Shown in pieces: positions 46,500 to 56,773 of a stretch of DNA of 57,054 nucleotides (positions within the stretch are counted from its first letter, which is position 1; each line of letters opens with the position of its first letter). Made by a program: the position numbers and the translations under genes. Source of the stretch: Candidatus Spyradocola sp. (lineage in GTDB: Bacteria > Bacillota > Clostridia > Christensenellales > UBA1750); the NCBI GenBank assembly GCA_034113365.1, contig JAXEXP010000083.1, positions 1 to 57,054 on the forward strand, read 5' to 3'. The notes below the pieces were generated by a model that was given only the letters and a program-made list of their open reading frames with translations, did not search any database and was not told where the DNA came from.

Positions 46500-49400
46500 T
46501 CATTTTTCTTCCATTTGGGAGAGCAGCTGCTCCAGCGCGTCCACCGCGAGCTCCATCAGCTGCTCCGGCTCGCCCTTCCGGTCCAGCACCAACAGCGTGG
46601 CCGTGCCCGCCTGCTGCAGCGTAAGGCGCGTTTTTCCCGCGCGGTTGAGGGCCTTGACCAGGCGCGCGCCGTCAACGCGGGCATAGGGCGAAAAGCGCAG
46701 CGTCAGGCGTCCTGCGCGCATCAGCACCATCTCCACGCCCAGGCGCGAGGCCAAAGACTTGAGCAGCGCGATCCACAGCAGGTGCTCGGCCTCGGGCGGC
46801 ACGTCGCCAAAGCGGTCGATCAGCTCGTCCATCACGTCGCGCCAGTCGTCGCGGCTCTCAATGGAGGCGATGCGCTTGTAGACCTCCATGCGCACGGTGT
46901 CGCCCTGCACGAACTCCATGGGCAGGTAGGCGTCCACGCGCAGCTCCACCTTGGTCTCGATGTCGGTGGCAAGGCCTGCCTGACCGCGCAGCTCGTTTAC
47001 GGCCTCCTCCATCAGCTTGCAGTAGAGGTCGTAGCCCACGTCGGAGAGCTGGCCGTGCTGCTGGCTGCCCAGCAGGTTGCCCGCGCCGCGGATCTCCAGG
47101 TCGCGCATGGCGATTTTGAAGCCCGAGCCGAACTCGGTGAACTCGCGGATGGCGGAGAGGCGCTTTTCGGCGACCTCGGTGAGCACCTTGTTGGGCGGGA
47201 CGGTCAGGTAGCAGTAGGCCAGGCGGTTGCTGCGGCCCACGCGCCCGCGCAGCTGGTAGAGCTGGGACAGGCCGAAGCGGTCGGCGTCGCAGACGATCAT
47301 GGTGTTGGCGGTGGGCACGTCCAGGCCGGACTCGATGATGGTGGAGCAGACCAGCACGTCGAACTTGCCCTCGTAGAAGTCCAGCATCACGTCCTCGAGG
47401 CTGTTTTCGCGCATCTGGCCGTGGCCGATGGCGACGCGCGCTTCGGGCACGAGACGGCAGATGTGGTCGTAGAAGCGCTCGATGGAGCGGACGCGGTTGT
47501 AGAGCAGGTAGACCTGTCCCTTGCGCTGCAGCTCGCGCAGGATCGCGTCGCGGATGAGCGCGTCGGAGTACTCCAGCACGTAGGTCTGCACGGGGTAGCG
47601 CTCCTCGGGCGGGGTTTCCAGCAGCGACATGTCGCGGATGCCCACCATGGACATGTGCAGCGTGCGCGGGATGGGCGTGGCGGACAGCGTGAGCACGTCC
47701 ACCTGGTTCTTGAGCTGCTTGAGCTTCTCCTTATGGGCGACGCCGAAGCGCTGCTCCTCGTCGATGACGACAAGGCCCAGGTCCTTGAAGCGGACGTCCT
47801 TGCCAAGCAGGCGGTGGGTGCCGATGAGGATGTCGATCTTGCCCTCGCGCAGCTGCTCGAGGATGTGCTTCTGCTCCTGCGGCGTGCGGAAGCGCGACAG
47901 CATCTCGATGCGCACGGGGAAGTGCTGGAAGCGCTTTTTGATGGACTGGAAGTGCTGCTGGGCCAGCACCGTGGTGGGCACGAGGAAGGCCACCTGCTTG
48001 GAGTCCATCACGGCCTTGAAGGCCGCGCGGACGGCGACCTCGGTCTTGCCGTAGCCCACGTCGCCGCACAGCAGGCGGTCCATGGGGTGGGGCTGCTGCA
48101 TGTCGGCCTTGATCTCGGCGATGCACTGCAGCTGGTCGGGCGTCTCCTCGTAGGGGAAGTCGTCCTCAAAGTCGCGCTGCCACGGCGTGTCGGGCGAGAA
48201 CGCGAAGCCCGGCGTGGCCTGACGCGCGGCGTAGAGCTTGATCAGCTCGTCGGCCATCTCCATGATCTCGTGCTTGACGCGGGACTTGGAGCGCTGCCAC
48301 TCGGAGCCGCCAAGGCGGTTGAGACGGGGCACCTTGTTCTCCATGCCGATGTACTTCTGCACGCGGTCGAGCTGATCGGTGGGGACGTAGAGCGCGTCGG
48401 AGCCCTGATACTGGATGTGCAGGTAGTCGCGGGTCTTGCCCTCCATGGTCATGCGCACGGTGCCGGTGTACACGCCGATGCCGTGGCTCTCGTGCACCAC
48501 ATAGTCGCCCACCTTGAGGTCGGTGAAGGCCTGGATCTTCTGTCCGGCCTTGTGCCGGCGGCGGGCGGCGCGCTGGCGCGTGGTGCCGAACAGATCCTGA
48601 TCGCCCAGCACCGCAAAGCCCGCCTCGGGCAGCTCAAAGCCGCGGGTGAGGCCGATGGGCAGCACGGCCATCTGTCCGGGAGAAAGCGCTGCGGGTTCCT
48701 CGGTGAATGTAACGGACAGACCGCGCTCGCGCAGCGTCTCTGCAAGGCGTTCGCCGCGCGCGTGGCCGCCCGAGAGCATGGCGACGGACAGGCCCTTGCC
48801 GCGGTAGAGCTCGAGCTGCTCGACCAGCAGCGCGTTCTGGCCCTGCAGGTCGGGGGTCTGGCGGGACTCGATGGTGCACAGCGCGCTCAGGCGCACGTCG
48901 GCAAGCCCCACCTGCAGCATGCCGAGGATGACGCAGCGGCGCTTTTCCAGCATGCGGGGGATGCTCTCCCAGCCCTCCATCAGGCGCTGCTGGCCGGGGA
49001 AGCCCTCGCCGCGCTCCAGCGCGCTCTCCAGACGGGCGGCGAACTCCAGCCCCATGTTCTGCGCGCGCTCCTTTACGCGGGCGTATTCGTCCAGCACGAC
49101 CAGTTCGGGGTCGAAATAATCGCTGAAGTAGGCGGTGTTTTCATACAAATAGGGGATGAAGTTCTCCAGCGCCTCGGTGCGGTGGCCCAGGCGCAGGCTG
49201 TCGATGATCTCCTGACGGCGGCCGGAAGTGTCGGCGCGCTGCACGACGGCGCCGTCGTCGTCCTCCTCGGCGGTGAGCCAGGGGAGGTCGGACTCGTCGG
49301 GCTTTTTTGCGGGCGCGGGGCGGCTTGCAAGGCCGCTGAGCTCAGCGGCGAGCAGGGCGGCGGCGCGCTGCATCTGCGCAAGGCCCGCGACGGCCTCGGT

Positions 49401-50075
49401 GGCGGGGTAGACCTCGCAGGGGTCGTCGGCGGGGGCGGAGCGCTGGGTCATCACATCCAGTTCGCGCACGGAGTCCACCTCGTCGCCGAACAGCTCGACG
49501 CGGTAGGCGGTGAGCGCCTGCACGGGGTAGACGTCGAGTATGCCGCCGCGCACCGCGAACTGGCCGCGGCCCTCCACCAGATCCTGCCGCTCATAGCCCA
49601 TGTCGGTGAGCAGGCGCGCGGTGCGGTCCAGGTCGAGCTCGTCGCCCGGCTCGATGCGCAGCAGGGCGGCTGCGAAGTCCTGCCGGGGCATCAGCGGGGT
49701 GAGCAGGGCCTCAACGGGCGCGGCGACCACCTGCGCCTCGCCGCGCAGCAGCCTGCCCAGCACGGCGATGCGGCGCTGGATGAGCTCGCGGCTCTCGGCG
49801 GCCATGTGGTAAAGCGTCATGTCGCGCGCGGGAAAGTAGAGCGCGGGCACGCCGATGCGCGTCAGATCCTCCGCCATGCGCAGCGCGGACTGCTCGGAGG
49901 GCGTGACGACGAGCGTGCGGCGGCCGGTGCTCAGCGCGCCCGTGACCACGGTCTTTGCGCCCTCGCTCAGGCCGAAGGCGGCGGCGGGCTTGCCCTTGGA
50001 GCGGTCGATGGCGGCGGCGAGGTCGCGGTAGCCCTTGACCTTCATCAGCGGCTGCAGAAACAGATCGGATATCAA
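46500..50075 (-). CDS. mfd: transcription-repair coupling factor
   Basis: [50 protein letters not shown]; TTG start after GGGGGTG. Confidence 0.96.
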   Translation of the reverse strand: MISDLFLQPLMKVKGYRDLAAAIDRSKGKPAAAFGLSEGAKTVVTGALSTGRRTLVVTPSEQSALRMAEDLTRIGVPALYFPARDMTLYHMAAESRELIQRRIAVLGRLLRGEAQVVAAPVEALLTPLMPRQDFAAALLRIEPGDELDLDRTARLLTDMGYERQDLVEGRGQFAVRGGILDVYPVQALTAYRVELFGDEVDSVRELDVMTQRSAPADDPCEVYPATEAVAGLAQMQRAAALLAAELSGLASRPAPAKKPDESDLPWLTAEEDDDGAVVQRADTSGRRQEIIDSLRLGHRTEALENFIPYLYENTAYFSDYFDPELVVLDEYARVKERAQNMGLEFAARLESALERGEGFPGQQRLMEGWESIPRMLEKRRCVILGMLQVGLADVRLSALCTIESRQTPDLQGQNALLVEQLELYRGKGLSVAMLSGGHARGERLAETLRERGLSVTFTEEPAALSPGQMAVLPIGLTRGFELPEAGFAVLGDQDLFGTTRQRAARRRHKAGQKIQAFTDLKVGDYVVHESHGIGVYTGTVRMTMEGKTRDYLHIQYQGSDALYVPTDQLDRVQKYIGMENKVPRLNRLGGSEWQRSKSRVKHEIMEMADELIKLYAARQATPGFAFSPDTPWQRDFEDDFPYEETPDQLQCIAEIKADMQQPHPMDRLLCGDVGYGKTEVAVRAAFKAVMDSKQVAFLVPTTVLAQQHFQSIKKRFQHFPVRIEMLSRFRTPQEQKHILEQLREGKIDILIGTHRLLGKDVRFKDLGLVVIDEEQRFGVAHKEKLKQLKNQVDVLTLSATPIPRTLHMSMVGIRDMSLLETPPEERYPVQTYVLEYSDALIRDAILRELQRKGQVYLLYNRVRSIERFYDHICRLVPEARVAIGHGQMRENSLEDVMLDFYEGKFDVLVCSTIIESGLDVPTANTMIVCDADRFGLSQLYQLRGRVGRSNRLAYCYLTVPPNKVLTEVAEKRLSAIREFTEFGSGFKIAMRDLEIRGAGNLLGSQQHGQLSDVGYDLYCKLMEEAVNELRGQAGLATDIETKVELRVDAYLPMEFVQGDTVRMEVYKRIASIESRDDWRDVMDELIDRFGDVPPEAEHLLWIALLKSLASRLGVEMVLMRAGRLTLRFSPYARVDGARLVKALNRAGKTRLTLQQAGTATLLVLDRKGEPEQLMELAVDALEQLLSQMEEK

Positions 50076-50260
50076 AAACTCACCCCCATAAATAGGAATT
50101 AGCGAAGAGTGAAGAGTCGGAGTTCGTTTGGGTTGGATTTTTCCCAAAAACGCCTTGTGCCGCAGTACCCGCTGATGGGGGGCTGCGGTAGAGGTACATA
50201 CTAATATAGTTTTATCCAAATATGACCGTTGCTGCCTAACGCCCTGCGAATCGGCGTTTC

Positions 50261-50555
50261 TGTGCGTCTGGGGCTGGGCTGGTGCTTGGCAGACGCCTCA
50301 TCAGTCGCCTGCGGGCGTCAGCTTACTGCGCACCGAACCAGCCGTTCCGGCTGTTCCGGTGTTCCGCATGGCTTATTCTCCATAAGCGCTCCACAGGAGC
50401 CCTTATTCCGAAACGCTCATGCTTCATTCAGGGCTTCGCCCCCTCCGTGTAAACCCTCAAGGGGAAGCCAGGGGACTTCTGGGGGTGGGAGGGCGCTCGG
50501 CTGACACCTCATCAGTCGCTGCGGCGACAGCTTCCCCTCAAGGGGAAGCCAAAGG
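50261..50555. mobile_element. REP A split by element B (50326-50453, minus orientation) followed by an intact REP A (50503-50550)
   Basis: GACGCCTCATCAGTCGCC..CAGCTT | B | CCCTCAAGGGGAAGCC next to an uninterrupted copy. Confidence 0.8.
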
Positions 50556-50590
50556 TTGTGCGCCGTTCATACTCTACCGAGGTTGATCAG

Positions 50591-51060
50591 TTAGGTGACA
50601 GGGATGCCCAGCTCCTTGCGCAGCGCGGTCAGGCGGGGCAGCTCGTGGGGCGGGGGCGGCGCGGTGGGGTCGGAAAAGGCGTGCTGGAGCGCGTCGGCGT
50701 CGATGAGCGCCTCGGCAGCGGCGCGTGGCGGCCCGCCTTGTCGCTGTGGCAGGCGATGGCGGCGCAGACCGCGTCGATCTCCTGCGCGGAAAAGACGCCG
50801 GTTTGCTCGAGGAACGGCCGCGCCATGGCGGCGCTGCGGGCGGCGTGGTCGGTGCTGTCCAGCGTGGCGTAGAAGGCCATGTCGTGCAGCAGCCCTGCTG
50901 TGGCGGCGAGCTCCGCGTCCAGCCCGCGGCGGGCGGCGAGCAGCGCGCAGGCCTGCGACACGCCATGGAGGTGGGCAAAGCCGTGCAGGCGCTCGGCTTC
51001 GTCGGGGACGTTGGAAAGCAGCTTATCGATGCCGCGCTGCACGGAGGCGATGCGGGTCAT
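50591..51060 (-). pseudogene. HD-domain protein with a 1-nt frameshift near 50716
   Basis: HLHGV, GLLHD, DHA, CHSDK, then the frame shifts; the alternative frame gives EALIDADALQH...ELGIPVT-stop at 50591. Confidence 0.7.
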
Positions 51061-51071
51061 GTTCTTTCACC

Positions 51072-51605
51072 TCACAAGTCGTAGGCGACCAGCTCGCAGT
51101 TGTCCGCGAGGTAGTCGAAGAACTCGTCGCCCGTCATGCTGACGAAATAGCTGCGGATGGCGCGGCTGACGGCGCCGTGGCAGACGAGCAGCACGTCCTG
51201 CTGTGCGTCCCGCAGCTCGTCCAGCAGCGAATAGACGCGGTGCACCACGTCGAACGCGCTCTCGCCGCCGCCCTGGCGCAGCGGGGCCTGACGGCGCTGC
51301 GCCCGGAACGTGGGCTCTAAGCGGCTCGTGCCGTCGAACGCGCCGAAGTCCTGCTCAGCAATGCGGGCGTCGATCTCGATGGGCAGTTCGATGCCGGACG
51401 TCTCCAGCAGGAAAAACGCCGTCTGGCGGGCGCGGGTAAGGGGCGAAGCGATGACGCGGTCGAGGTGCAGGCCGCGGAGCTGCTCGGCGGTGGCTCTGGC
51501 CTGCGCAACGCCGGTGTCATCCAGTGGGACGTCTGCCCGGCCGCAGACGCGGTTCTGGGCGTTCCACGGCGTCTGGCCGTGGCGGATGACGTAGAGCTTA
51601 GCCAT
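51072..51605 (-). CDS. histidine phosphatase family protein
   Basis: IRHGQT, SPLTRARQTA, EQDFG, LVCHG. Confidence 0.9.
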   Translation of the reverse strand: MAKLYVIRHGQTPWNAQNRVCGRADVPLDDTGVAQARATAEQLRGLHLDRVIASPLTRARQTAFFLLETSGIELPIEIDARIAEQDFGAFDGTSRLEPTFRAQRRQAPLRQGGGESAFDVVHRVYSLLDELRDAQQDVLLVCHGAVSRAIRSYFVSMTGDEFFDYLADNCELVAYDL

Positions 51606-52161
51606 TGTACTTCGCCATCGCTTTCTCGGTGCCGTTCTGGATGATCTCCTTGACCGCGTCGGCCGCGCGCAGGAAGGCGTCGAACATGGTCTGCTGCTGT
51701 TCCTTGGGATAGCGGCCGAGCACATAGTCGGCAAGGTCGTAGCCGGGGTGGTCGGGCTTGCCGATGCCCACGCGCACGCGCGGGAAGGTCTGCTGGCCGG
51801 TCAGGCCTATGATGGAGCGCATGCCGTTGTGGGTGCCGGCGCTGCCGGTGGCGCGCACGCGCAGCCTGCCCGCGTCCAGGTCCACGTCGTCATAGACGAT
51901 GATGAGATTCTGGGGCTTGACCTTGTACCAGTTCATCAGCTGGACGACGGCCTCGCCCGAGAGGTTCATGTAGGTCTGCGGCGCGGCGAGCACCACGCGC
52001 TCCCCGCCGATGCTGCCCTCCCCCACCAGCGACTTGCAGCGCAGCTTGGTGATGGGGATGTGCAGCTGGGTGCTCAGCACGCTCAGCACGTCAAAGCCCA
52101 CGTTGTGGCGGGTGTGCTCGTATTTTTTATCGGGATTGCCAAGGCCCACGACGATATACAT
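51598..52161 (-). CDS. pth: peptidyl-tRNA hydrolase
   Basis: VGLGNP..YEHTRHNVGF, PQTYMNLSG, GTHNGMRS. Confidence 0.97.
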   Translation of the reverse strand: MYIVVGLGNPDKKYEHTRHNVGFDVLSVLSTQLHIPITKLRCKSLVGEGSIGGERVVLAAPQTYMNLSGEAVVQLMNWYKVKPQNLIIVYDDVDLDAGRLRVRATGSAGTHNGMRSIIGLTGQQTFPRVRVGIGKPDHPGYDLADYVLGRYPKEQQQTMFDAFLRAADAVKEIIQNGTEKAMAKYNG

Positions 52162-53534
52162 TACAGCTTGCCCTCCGCCTTGCGCGTCTCCACCCAGCCG
52201 GAAAGGTTGCGCTGACGCTCGCGCGCGATGGCCAGCGCGCCGCCGGGCACGTCCTTGGTGATGGTGGAGCCCGCGGCGATGTACGCGCCCGCCTCGACGG
52301 AAACGGGCGATACGAGATTGACGTTACAGCCGATGAACGCATCGTCGCCCACGGTGGAGCGGTACTTGCGCTTGCCGTCGTAGTTGGAGAACACCACGCC
52401 GCAGCCCAGGTTGATGTTCTTGCCCAGGTCCGCGTCGCCCACGTAGGTCAGGTGCGACACCTTGGTGCCGTCGCCGATGTTGCTGTTCTTGATCTCCACA
52501 AAGTCGCCGATGCGGCAGTGGTCGCCCACGTTGGCCTTGGGGCGCAGGTAGGCGTTGGGGCCGACGGTGGTGTGGCTGCCCACGCGGCAGTCGATGAGCA
52601 CGGAGGCCTCGACCGTAGTGCCGTCGCCGATGATGGCGTTGCTCATACGGCAGTGGGGCAGTATGGTGCAGTCGCTGCCGATGGCGGTTTCTCCCTGCAG
52701 CGTGCAGCCGGGGTAGACGACGGTGTCCTGCCCGATGGTGACGGTTTCTTCAATATAAGTGTTGTCCGGGTCGATGAGCGTGACGCCCGAGCGCATCAGG
52801 CGCTCGTTGATGCGGCGCTGCATCGCCTTTGCGGCCTGGGAAAGCTGCACCAGGTCGTTGACGCCCATGCAGTCCTCCATCGGCACCACGACGGGCTCGA
52901 TGCGCTCGCCGTCCGCGCGGAGTATGGACACGACGTCGGTCAGGTAATACTCGTGCTGGTTGTTTTCATTCTTGATGCGCGGCAGCGCGGAGAGCAGCGC
53001 TTCGGCGCGGAAGCAGTAGACCGAGGCGTTGATCTCCTTGACGGTCCGCTGCTCGGGGGTGCAGTCGCGGTGCTCCACGATGGCGGAGACTGCGCCGGTG
53101 TCGTCGCGCAGCACACGGCCGTAGCCGGTGGGGTCGTCGGCGATGGCGGTGAGCATTGCGCCCGCGGCGCCGGCCTCGACGGCGTCGCGCATGCGCGCAA
53201 GGTCGGGCGTGCGCAGCAGCGGCATGTCGCCCGCGAGGATGTACACCAGTCCGTCGGCGGGGATGAAGGCCTGCGCGCTCATCACGGCGTGGCCGGTGCC
53301 CCAGCCGGTGGCCTTGTCCTGCACGGCAAAGTCCACGGTGTCGCCCAGGTGGGCGCGCACGCTGTCCGCCGCGTGGCCCACCACGACCACGGGGCGCTCC
53401 ACGCCCAGCTCGCGGGCGATGCGCACGGGATAGTCCACCATTGCGCGGCCGCAGAGGGTGTGCAGCACCTTGTGCACCTTGCTCTTCATGCGCGTGCCTT
53501 CGCCTGCAGCCAGTATGATCGCCGTTGTATTCAT
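52161..53534 (-). CDS. glmU: bifunctional UDP-GlcNAc pyrophosphorylase/glucosamine-1-P acetyltransferase
   Basis: ILAAGEGTRMKS, GTGHA, EYYLTD, SHLTYVGDA, NYDG, hexapeptide repeats. Confidence 0.97.
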   Translation of the reverse strand: MNTTAIILAAGEGTRMKSKVHKVLHTLCGRAMVDYPVRIARELGVERPVVVVGHAADSVRAHLGDTVDFAVQDKATGWGTGHAVMSAQAFIPADGLVYILAGDMPLLRTPDLARMRDAVEAGAAGAMLTAIADDPTGYGRVLRDDTGAVSAIVEHRDCTPEQRTVKEINASVYCFRAEALLSALPRIKNENNQHEYYLTDVVSILRADGERIEPVVVPMEDCMGVNDLVQLSQAAKAMQRRINERLMRSGVTLIDPDNTYIEETVTIGQDTVVYPGCTLQGETAIGSDCTILPHCRMSNAIIGDGTTVEASVLIDCRVGSHTTVGPNAYLRPKANVGDHCRIGDFVEIKNSNIGDGTKVSHLTYVGDADLGKNINLGCGVVFSNYDGKRKYRSTVGDDAFIGCNVNLVSPVSVEAGAYIAAGSTITKDVPGGALAIARERQRNLSGWVETRKAEGKL

Positions 53535-53573
53535 AAGCAAACGCTCCTTTTATGCTATTCTAGCTCTACTATT

Positions 53574-54164
53574 TTACCAGCATTGCGCGGGCAATGCAAT
53601 GGGCTTGATATACTTGAGATAGGTGAGCAGATACCGGTCGTTCAGCGCGACAGTTTCGATCCGGGAGTACGAATAGCGCGAGGGCTTCTCCTCCCAGACG
53701 CCGTCCGCGTCGAATCTGCGCATGGCAAACGCCCGCGCGCCCGCCCGCAGGAGCTTGCCCGCGGCGTAGTCACCAGAATCGCCGTCCGGCTTCAGATAAA
53801 TGGCCAAAACCGCATCCTGCGCCAGCAGATCCCCCAACGCGCTCTGCCAGCTGTCCAGGCGAACGGCGGGGATCTCTCCGATGCGCTCATACAGCCTCTC
53901 GCCCTGCGCGATGCCCTGGCGGAAGTCCGAGTCGATCTCCGCCTCTGCGATGCTGCGCAGCGGGATCAGGCGCAGCCCATTGGGCTGGAAGTCGGGAAAG
54001 CTCGCAAACAGCACGAGCCGCTCCCCCACGCCGAGCACATAGCCACAAATGCCCCAGCCGGGGTCCGCTTTGGAATACAGCGTCACATGCCTGCGCTCCC
54101 GGAGGGTCGTTTGGAGCGTATGCAAGCGCTGTTCCTGTCGTGTCCTTCTCTCCCGTTCTTCCAT
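53574..54164 (-). CDS. hypothetical protein with two internally similar beta-rich halves
   Basis: open ~197-codon frame co-oriented in the purR-glmU gap with AAGGGAG RBS. Confidence 0.65.
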   Translation of the reverse strand: MEERERRTRQEQRLHTLQTTLRERRHVTLYSKADPGWGICGYVLGVGERLVLFASFPDFQPNGLRLIPLRSIAEAEIDSDFRQGIAQGERLYERIGEIPAVRLDSWQSALGDLLAQDAVLAIYLKPDGDSGDYAAGKLLRAGARAFAMRRFDADGVWEEKPSRYSYSRIETVALNDRYLLTYLKYIKPIALPAQCW

Positions 54165-54288
54165 CACCGGTTGCACTCCCTTCGTCTCTTCGTTCCGGAT
54201 GGCTTTCTACAGAAATAACCCCCGAGGGGAGCCAAACGTTCCCATCGGGGGCCGGGCGATGCCGCGCACTGCAGTCCCGTCAGGAGGA

Positions 54289-54323
54289 CCCGGGGATGCC
54301 CGAAGGGGGCCGCAGCCCCCTTC
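54289..54323. repeat. hairpin repeat family C (also at 4103-4135)
   Basis: reverse complement GAAGGGGGCTGCGGCCCCCTTCGGGCATCCCCGGG vs GAAGGGGCTGCGGCCCCTTCATGCATCCCCGGG. Confidence 0.75.
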
Positions 54324-54351
54324 GGTTTCCCCGTTCCGGCGGGTGCGCGGG

Positions 54352-55182
54352 TTACTGCTGGTTGAGCAGCCAGGCGGCGGGGTGGACGATGGCGCCCTGC
54401 TGCGCATCCATGGCGTCGGAGACGACGAAGATGGAGCGGATGTCGTCGTAGATGCGGGGGGCGCCCTCCTTGCGGCGCTCCACCATCACGCCAACGCCCA
54501 CCGTAGTCACGTCAAACTCCTGCATCAGCTCTACCATGCCGCGCACGGTGCCGCCGTCCTTGGTAAAGTCGTCCACGATCAGCGCCTTCTGGCCGGGACG
54601 CACGGCGCGCTTGGCCAGCGACATGGTCTTCATCTCGCCGCCCGCGCCGGAGATGTAGTTGATGGTGACCACGGAGCCCTCAAACGCCTTGTGGTCGCGG
54701 CGGGCGATGACCAGCGGCACGCCCAGCGCGCGCGCCACCATCAGCGCAAAGGGGATGCCCTTGGTCTCCACCGTCAGCACGAAGTCGGGCGCGGCGGAAT
54801 AATAGGGCGTGGCCATGATGGCGCCCAGCACCTCCAGCGCGTCGGGCTGGGAGAGTATGTCCTGAATGTAGAGGAAGTTGCCGGGCAGAATGCGGCCGGG
54901 GTCGCTGAGCTGGCGGCACAGCGCATAGACGTAGTCCAGCGCGCCCTGCTGCGTCATCTTGGGCAGGAAGCGCACGCCGCCCGCCGCGCCCGTCACGGTC
55001 TCGATCTCGCCCAGGCCAAACTGGCGGTAGACCTGGCGCAGCAGCTCAATGTCCTCGGAAATGGTGGACTTTGCCGCGTCAAACATGCCGCAGAAGTGGC
55101 TGAGCGTGAAAATATGGTTGGGCGCTGCGGTTAGGATCCGCGACATCGCGCCGATGCGTTCGTTTCTCTTGATCTTGTCCAT
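54352..55182 (-). CDS. purR: pur operon repressor PurR (Bacillota type)
   Basis: KRNERI, AAKSTISED, GAAGGV, ETKGIP, INYISG, IVDDFTKDGGT. Confidence 0.95.
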   Translation of the reverse strand: MDKIKRNERIGAMSRILTAAPNHIFTLSHFCGMFDAAKSTISEDIELLRQVYRQFGLGEIETVTGAAGGVRFLPKMTQQGALDYVYALCRQLSDPGRILPGNFLYIQDILSQPDALEVLGAIMATPYYSAAPDFVLTVETKGIPFALMVARALGVPLVIARRDHKAFEGSVVTINYISGAGGEMKTMSLAKRAVRPGQKALIVDDFTKDGGTVRGMVELMQEFDVTTVGVGVMVERRKEGAPRIYDDIRSIFVVSDAMDAQQGAIVHPAAWLLNQQ

Positions 55183-55194
55183 GACGTCCTCCGC

Positions 55195-55327
55195 TAATCC
55201 GAATGTTCGGAACATTAAAATCTATTATATGCGTATATTTCCGTAAATTCAAGTTCTTAACGTAATTTTCATTCAGTTTTCCGTTAACTTTTGCGCATTT
55301 GTATTTTTACGCGCAATATCGTATAAT
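55195..55327. promoter_or_regulatory. divergent purR and murC promoters with PurBox-like site
   Basis: minus TTGAAT-17-TATAAT (55224-55252); plus TTGTAT-17-TATAAT (55299-55327); TAATCCGAATGTTCGGAACATTA at 55195-55217. Confidence 0.7.
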
Positions 55328-55365
55328 ATTGGAAGGGATTTTGCCCGGAACGGAGGATGCGTTTT

Positions 55366-56751
55366 ATGGGAGACATTCGTCTGAGCGACTTTAAGGATAG
55401 ACAGATCCACTTCATCGGCATCGGAGGCAGCTCGATGTCGGGGCTGGCGGAGCTGCTGATCGGGCAGGGCTACCGCGTGCGCGGCGACGACCGCGTGGAG
55501 AGCCACTCCACCGAGAAGCTGCGCCGCGAGGGCGTGGAGGTCATCATCGGCCATGCGGCGGAAAACGTACACGGCGCGGCGCTGGTAGTGTACACGGCGG
55601 CCATTGCCGAGGACAACGTCGAGCGGCAGGAGTGCGTGCGGCTGTCCATCCCGCAGATGGAGCGCGCGGAGCTGCTGGGGCAGCTGGCGGCGGAGTTTGC
55701 ACGGTCCATCGCGGTGTGCGGCACGCACGGCAAGACCACCTCGACCTCGATGCTGGCCACGGTGCTGCTGGAGGCGGGGCTGGACCCCACCATCCACATC
55801 GGCGGCGAGATGGACCGCATCGGCGGCAGCGTGCACGCGGGCAAGGGCGACACCTTCCTGACCGAGGCGTGCGAGTTCAAGGCGAGCTTCCTGACGCTGC
55901 ACCCGACGCTGGCGCTGGTGCTCAACATTGACGCGGATCATCTGGATTTTTACCGCGACATCCAACACATAGAGGACACGTTTGCGATCTTTCTGAACCA
56001 GATCGCGCCGGGCGGCACAGCGATCCTGTGCGGCGACAACGTCCGCGCGCTGTCGATGGCGGGGCGCATCGCAGCCCCGAGCATAAGCTATGCTCTGGAC
56101 AACGCCGAATGCGACTACACGGCCGCGGACATCGAGCACGACGACATGCTGTGCTTCTCCTTCACGCCCCTGGAGCACGGCGAGCCGCTGCCCCGCGTGG
56201 CGCTGCGCGTACCCGGGCGGCACAACGCGCTCAACGCGCTGGGTGTCGTGGCGCTCTGCCGCCGGATGGGTCTGGACGGCGAGGTGATCGCGCGGGGGCT
56301 TTCGGCATTTGCCGGAGCGCACCGCCGCTTCGAGCTGACGTCGGTAGTGGAAGGCGTGAAGCTCTACCACGACTACGGTCACAACCCGGCGGAGTTCCGC
56401 TCCGTGGTGCCCCTGGCCGACGCGGTGGCGGGCGACCACCACCTATTCGTGGTCTGCCAGCCCCACACCTACTCCCGCACCAAGCTGTTATTCAACGACT
56501 ATCTGGCCTGCTTTACCGGCGCGGACACCGTGCTCATCACGGACATCTACGCCGCCCGCGAAAAGGACCCCGGCGACATCCACGCCACCATGCTCGTCGA
56601 CGCCCTCCAGAAAAACAACGTCCCCGCCGTCTATACCCCCGACTTCAACGCCTGCGAAGCCTACCTCCGCACCCACTGGCGCCCCGGCGACGTCGTCATC
56701 ACCCTCGGCTGCGGCAACATCAACCAGCTGAACGACCAGCTGGCGAGGTAG
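55366..56751 (+). CDS. murC: UDP-N-acetylmuramate--L-alanine ligase
   Basis: IHFIGIGGSSMSGLA, GTHGKTT, EACEF, NIDADHLD, DYGHNPAE, QPHTYSRT. Confidence 0.96.
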   Translation: MGDIRLSDFKDRQIHFIGIGGSSMSGLAELLIGQGYRVRGDDRVESHSTEKLRREGVEVIIGHAAENVHGAALVVYTAAIAEDNVERQECVRLSIPQMERAELLGQLAAEFARSIAVCGTHGKTTSTSMLATVLLEAGLDPTIHIGGEMDRIGGSVHAGKGDTFLTEACEFKASFLTLHPTLALVLNIDADHLDFYRDIQHIEDTFAIFLNQIAPGGTAILCGDNVRALSMAGRIAAPSISYALDNAECDYTAADIEHDDMLCFSFTPLEHGEPLPRVALRVPGRHNALNALGVVALCRRMGLDGEVIARGLSAFAGAHRRFELTSVVEGVKLYHDYGHNPAEFRSVVPLADAVAGDHHLFVVCQPHTYSRTKLLFNDYLACFTGADTVLITDIYAAREKDPGDIHATMLVDALQKNNVPAVYTPDFNACEAYLRTHWRPGDVVITLGCGNINQLNDQLAR

Positions 56752-56773
56752 GGTACGACGGGGGAAGGAACGC

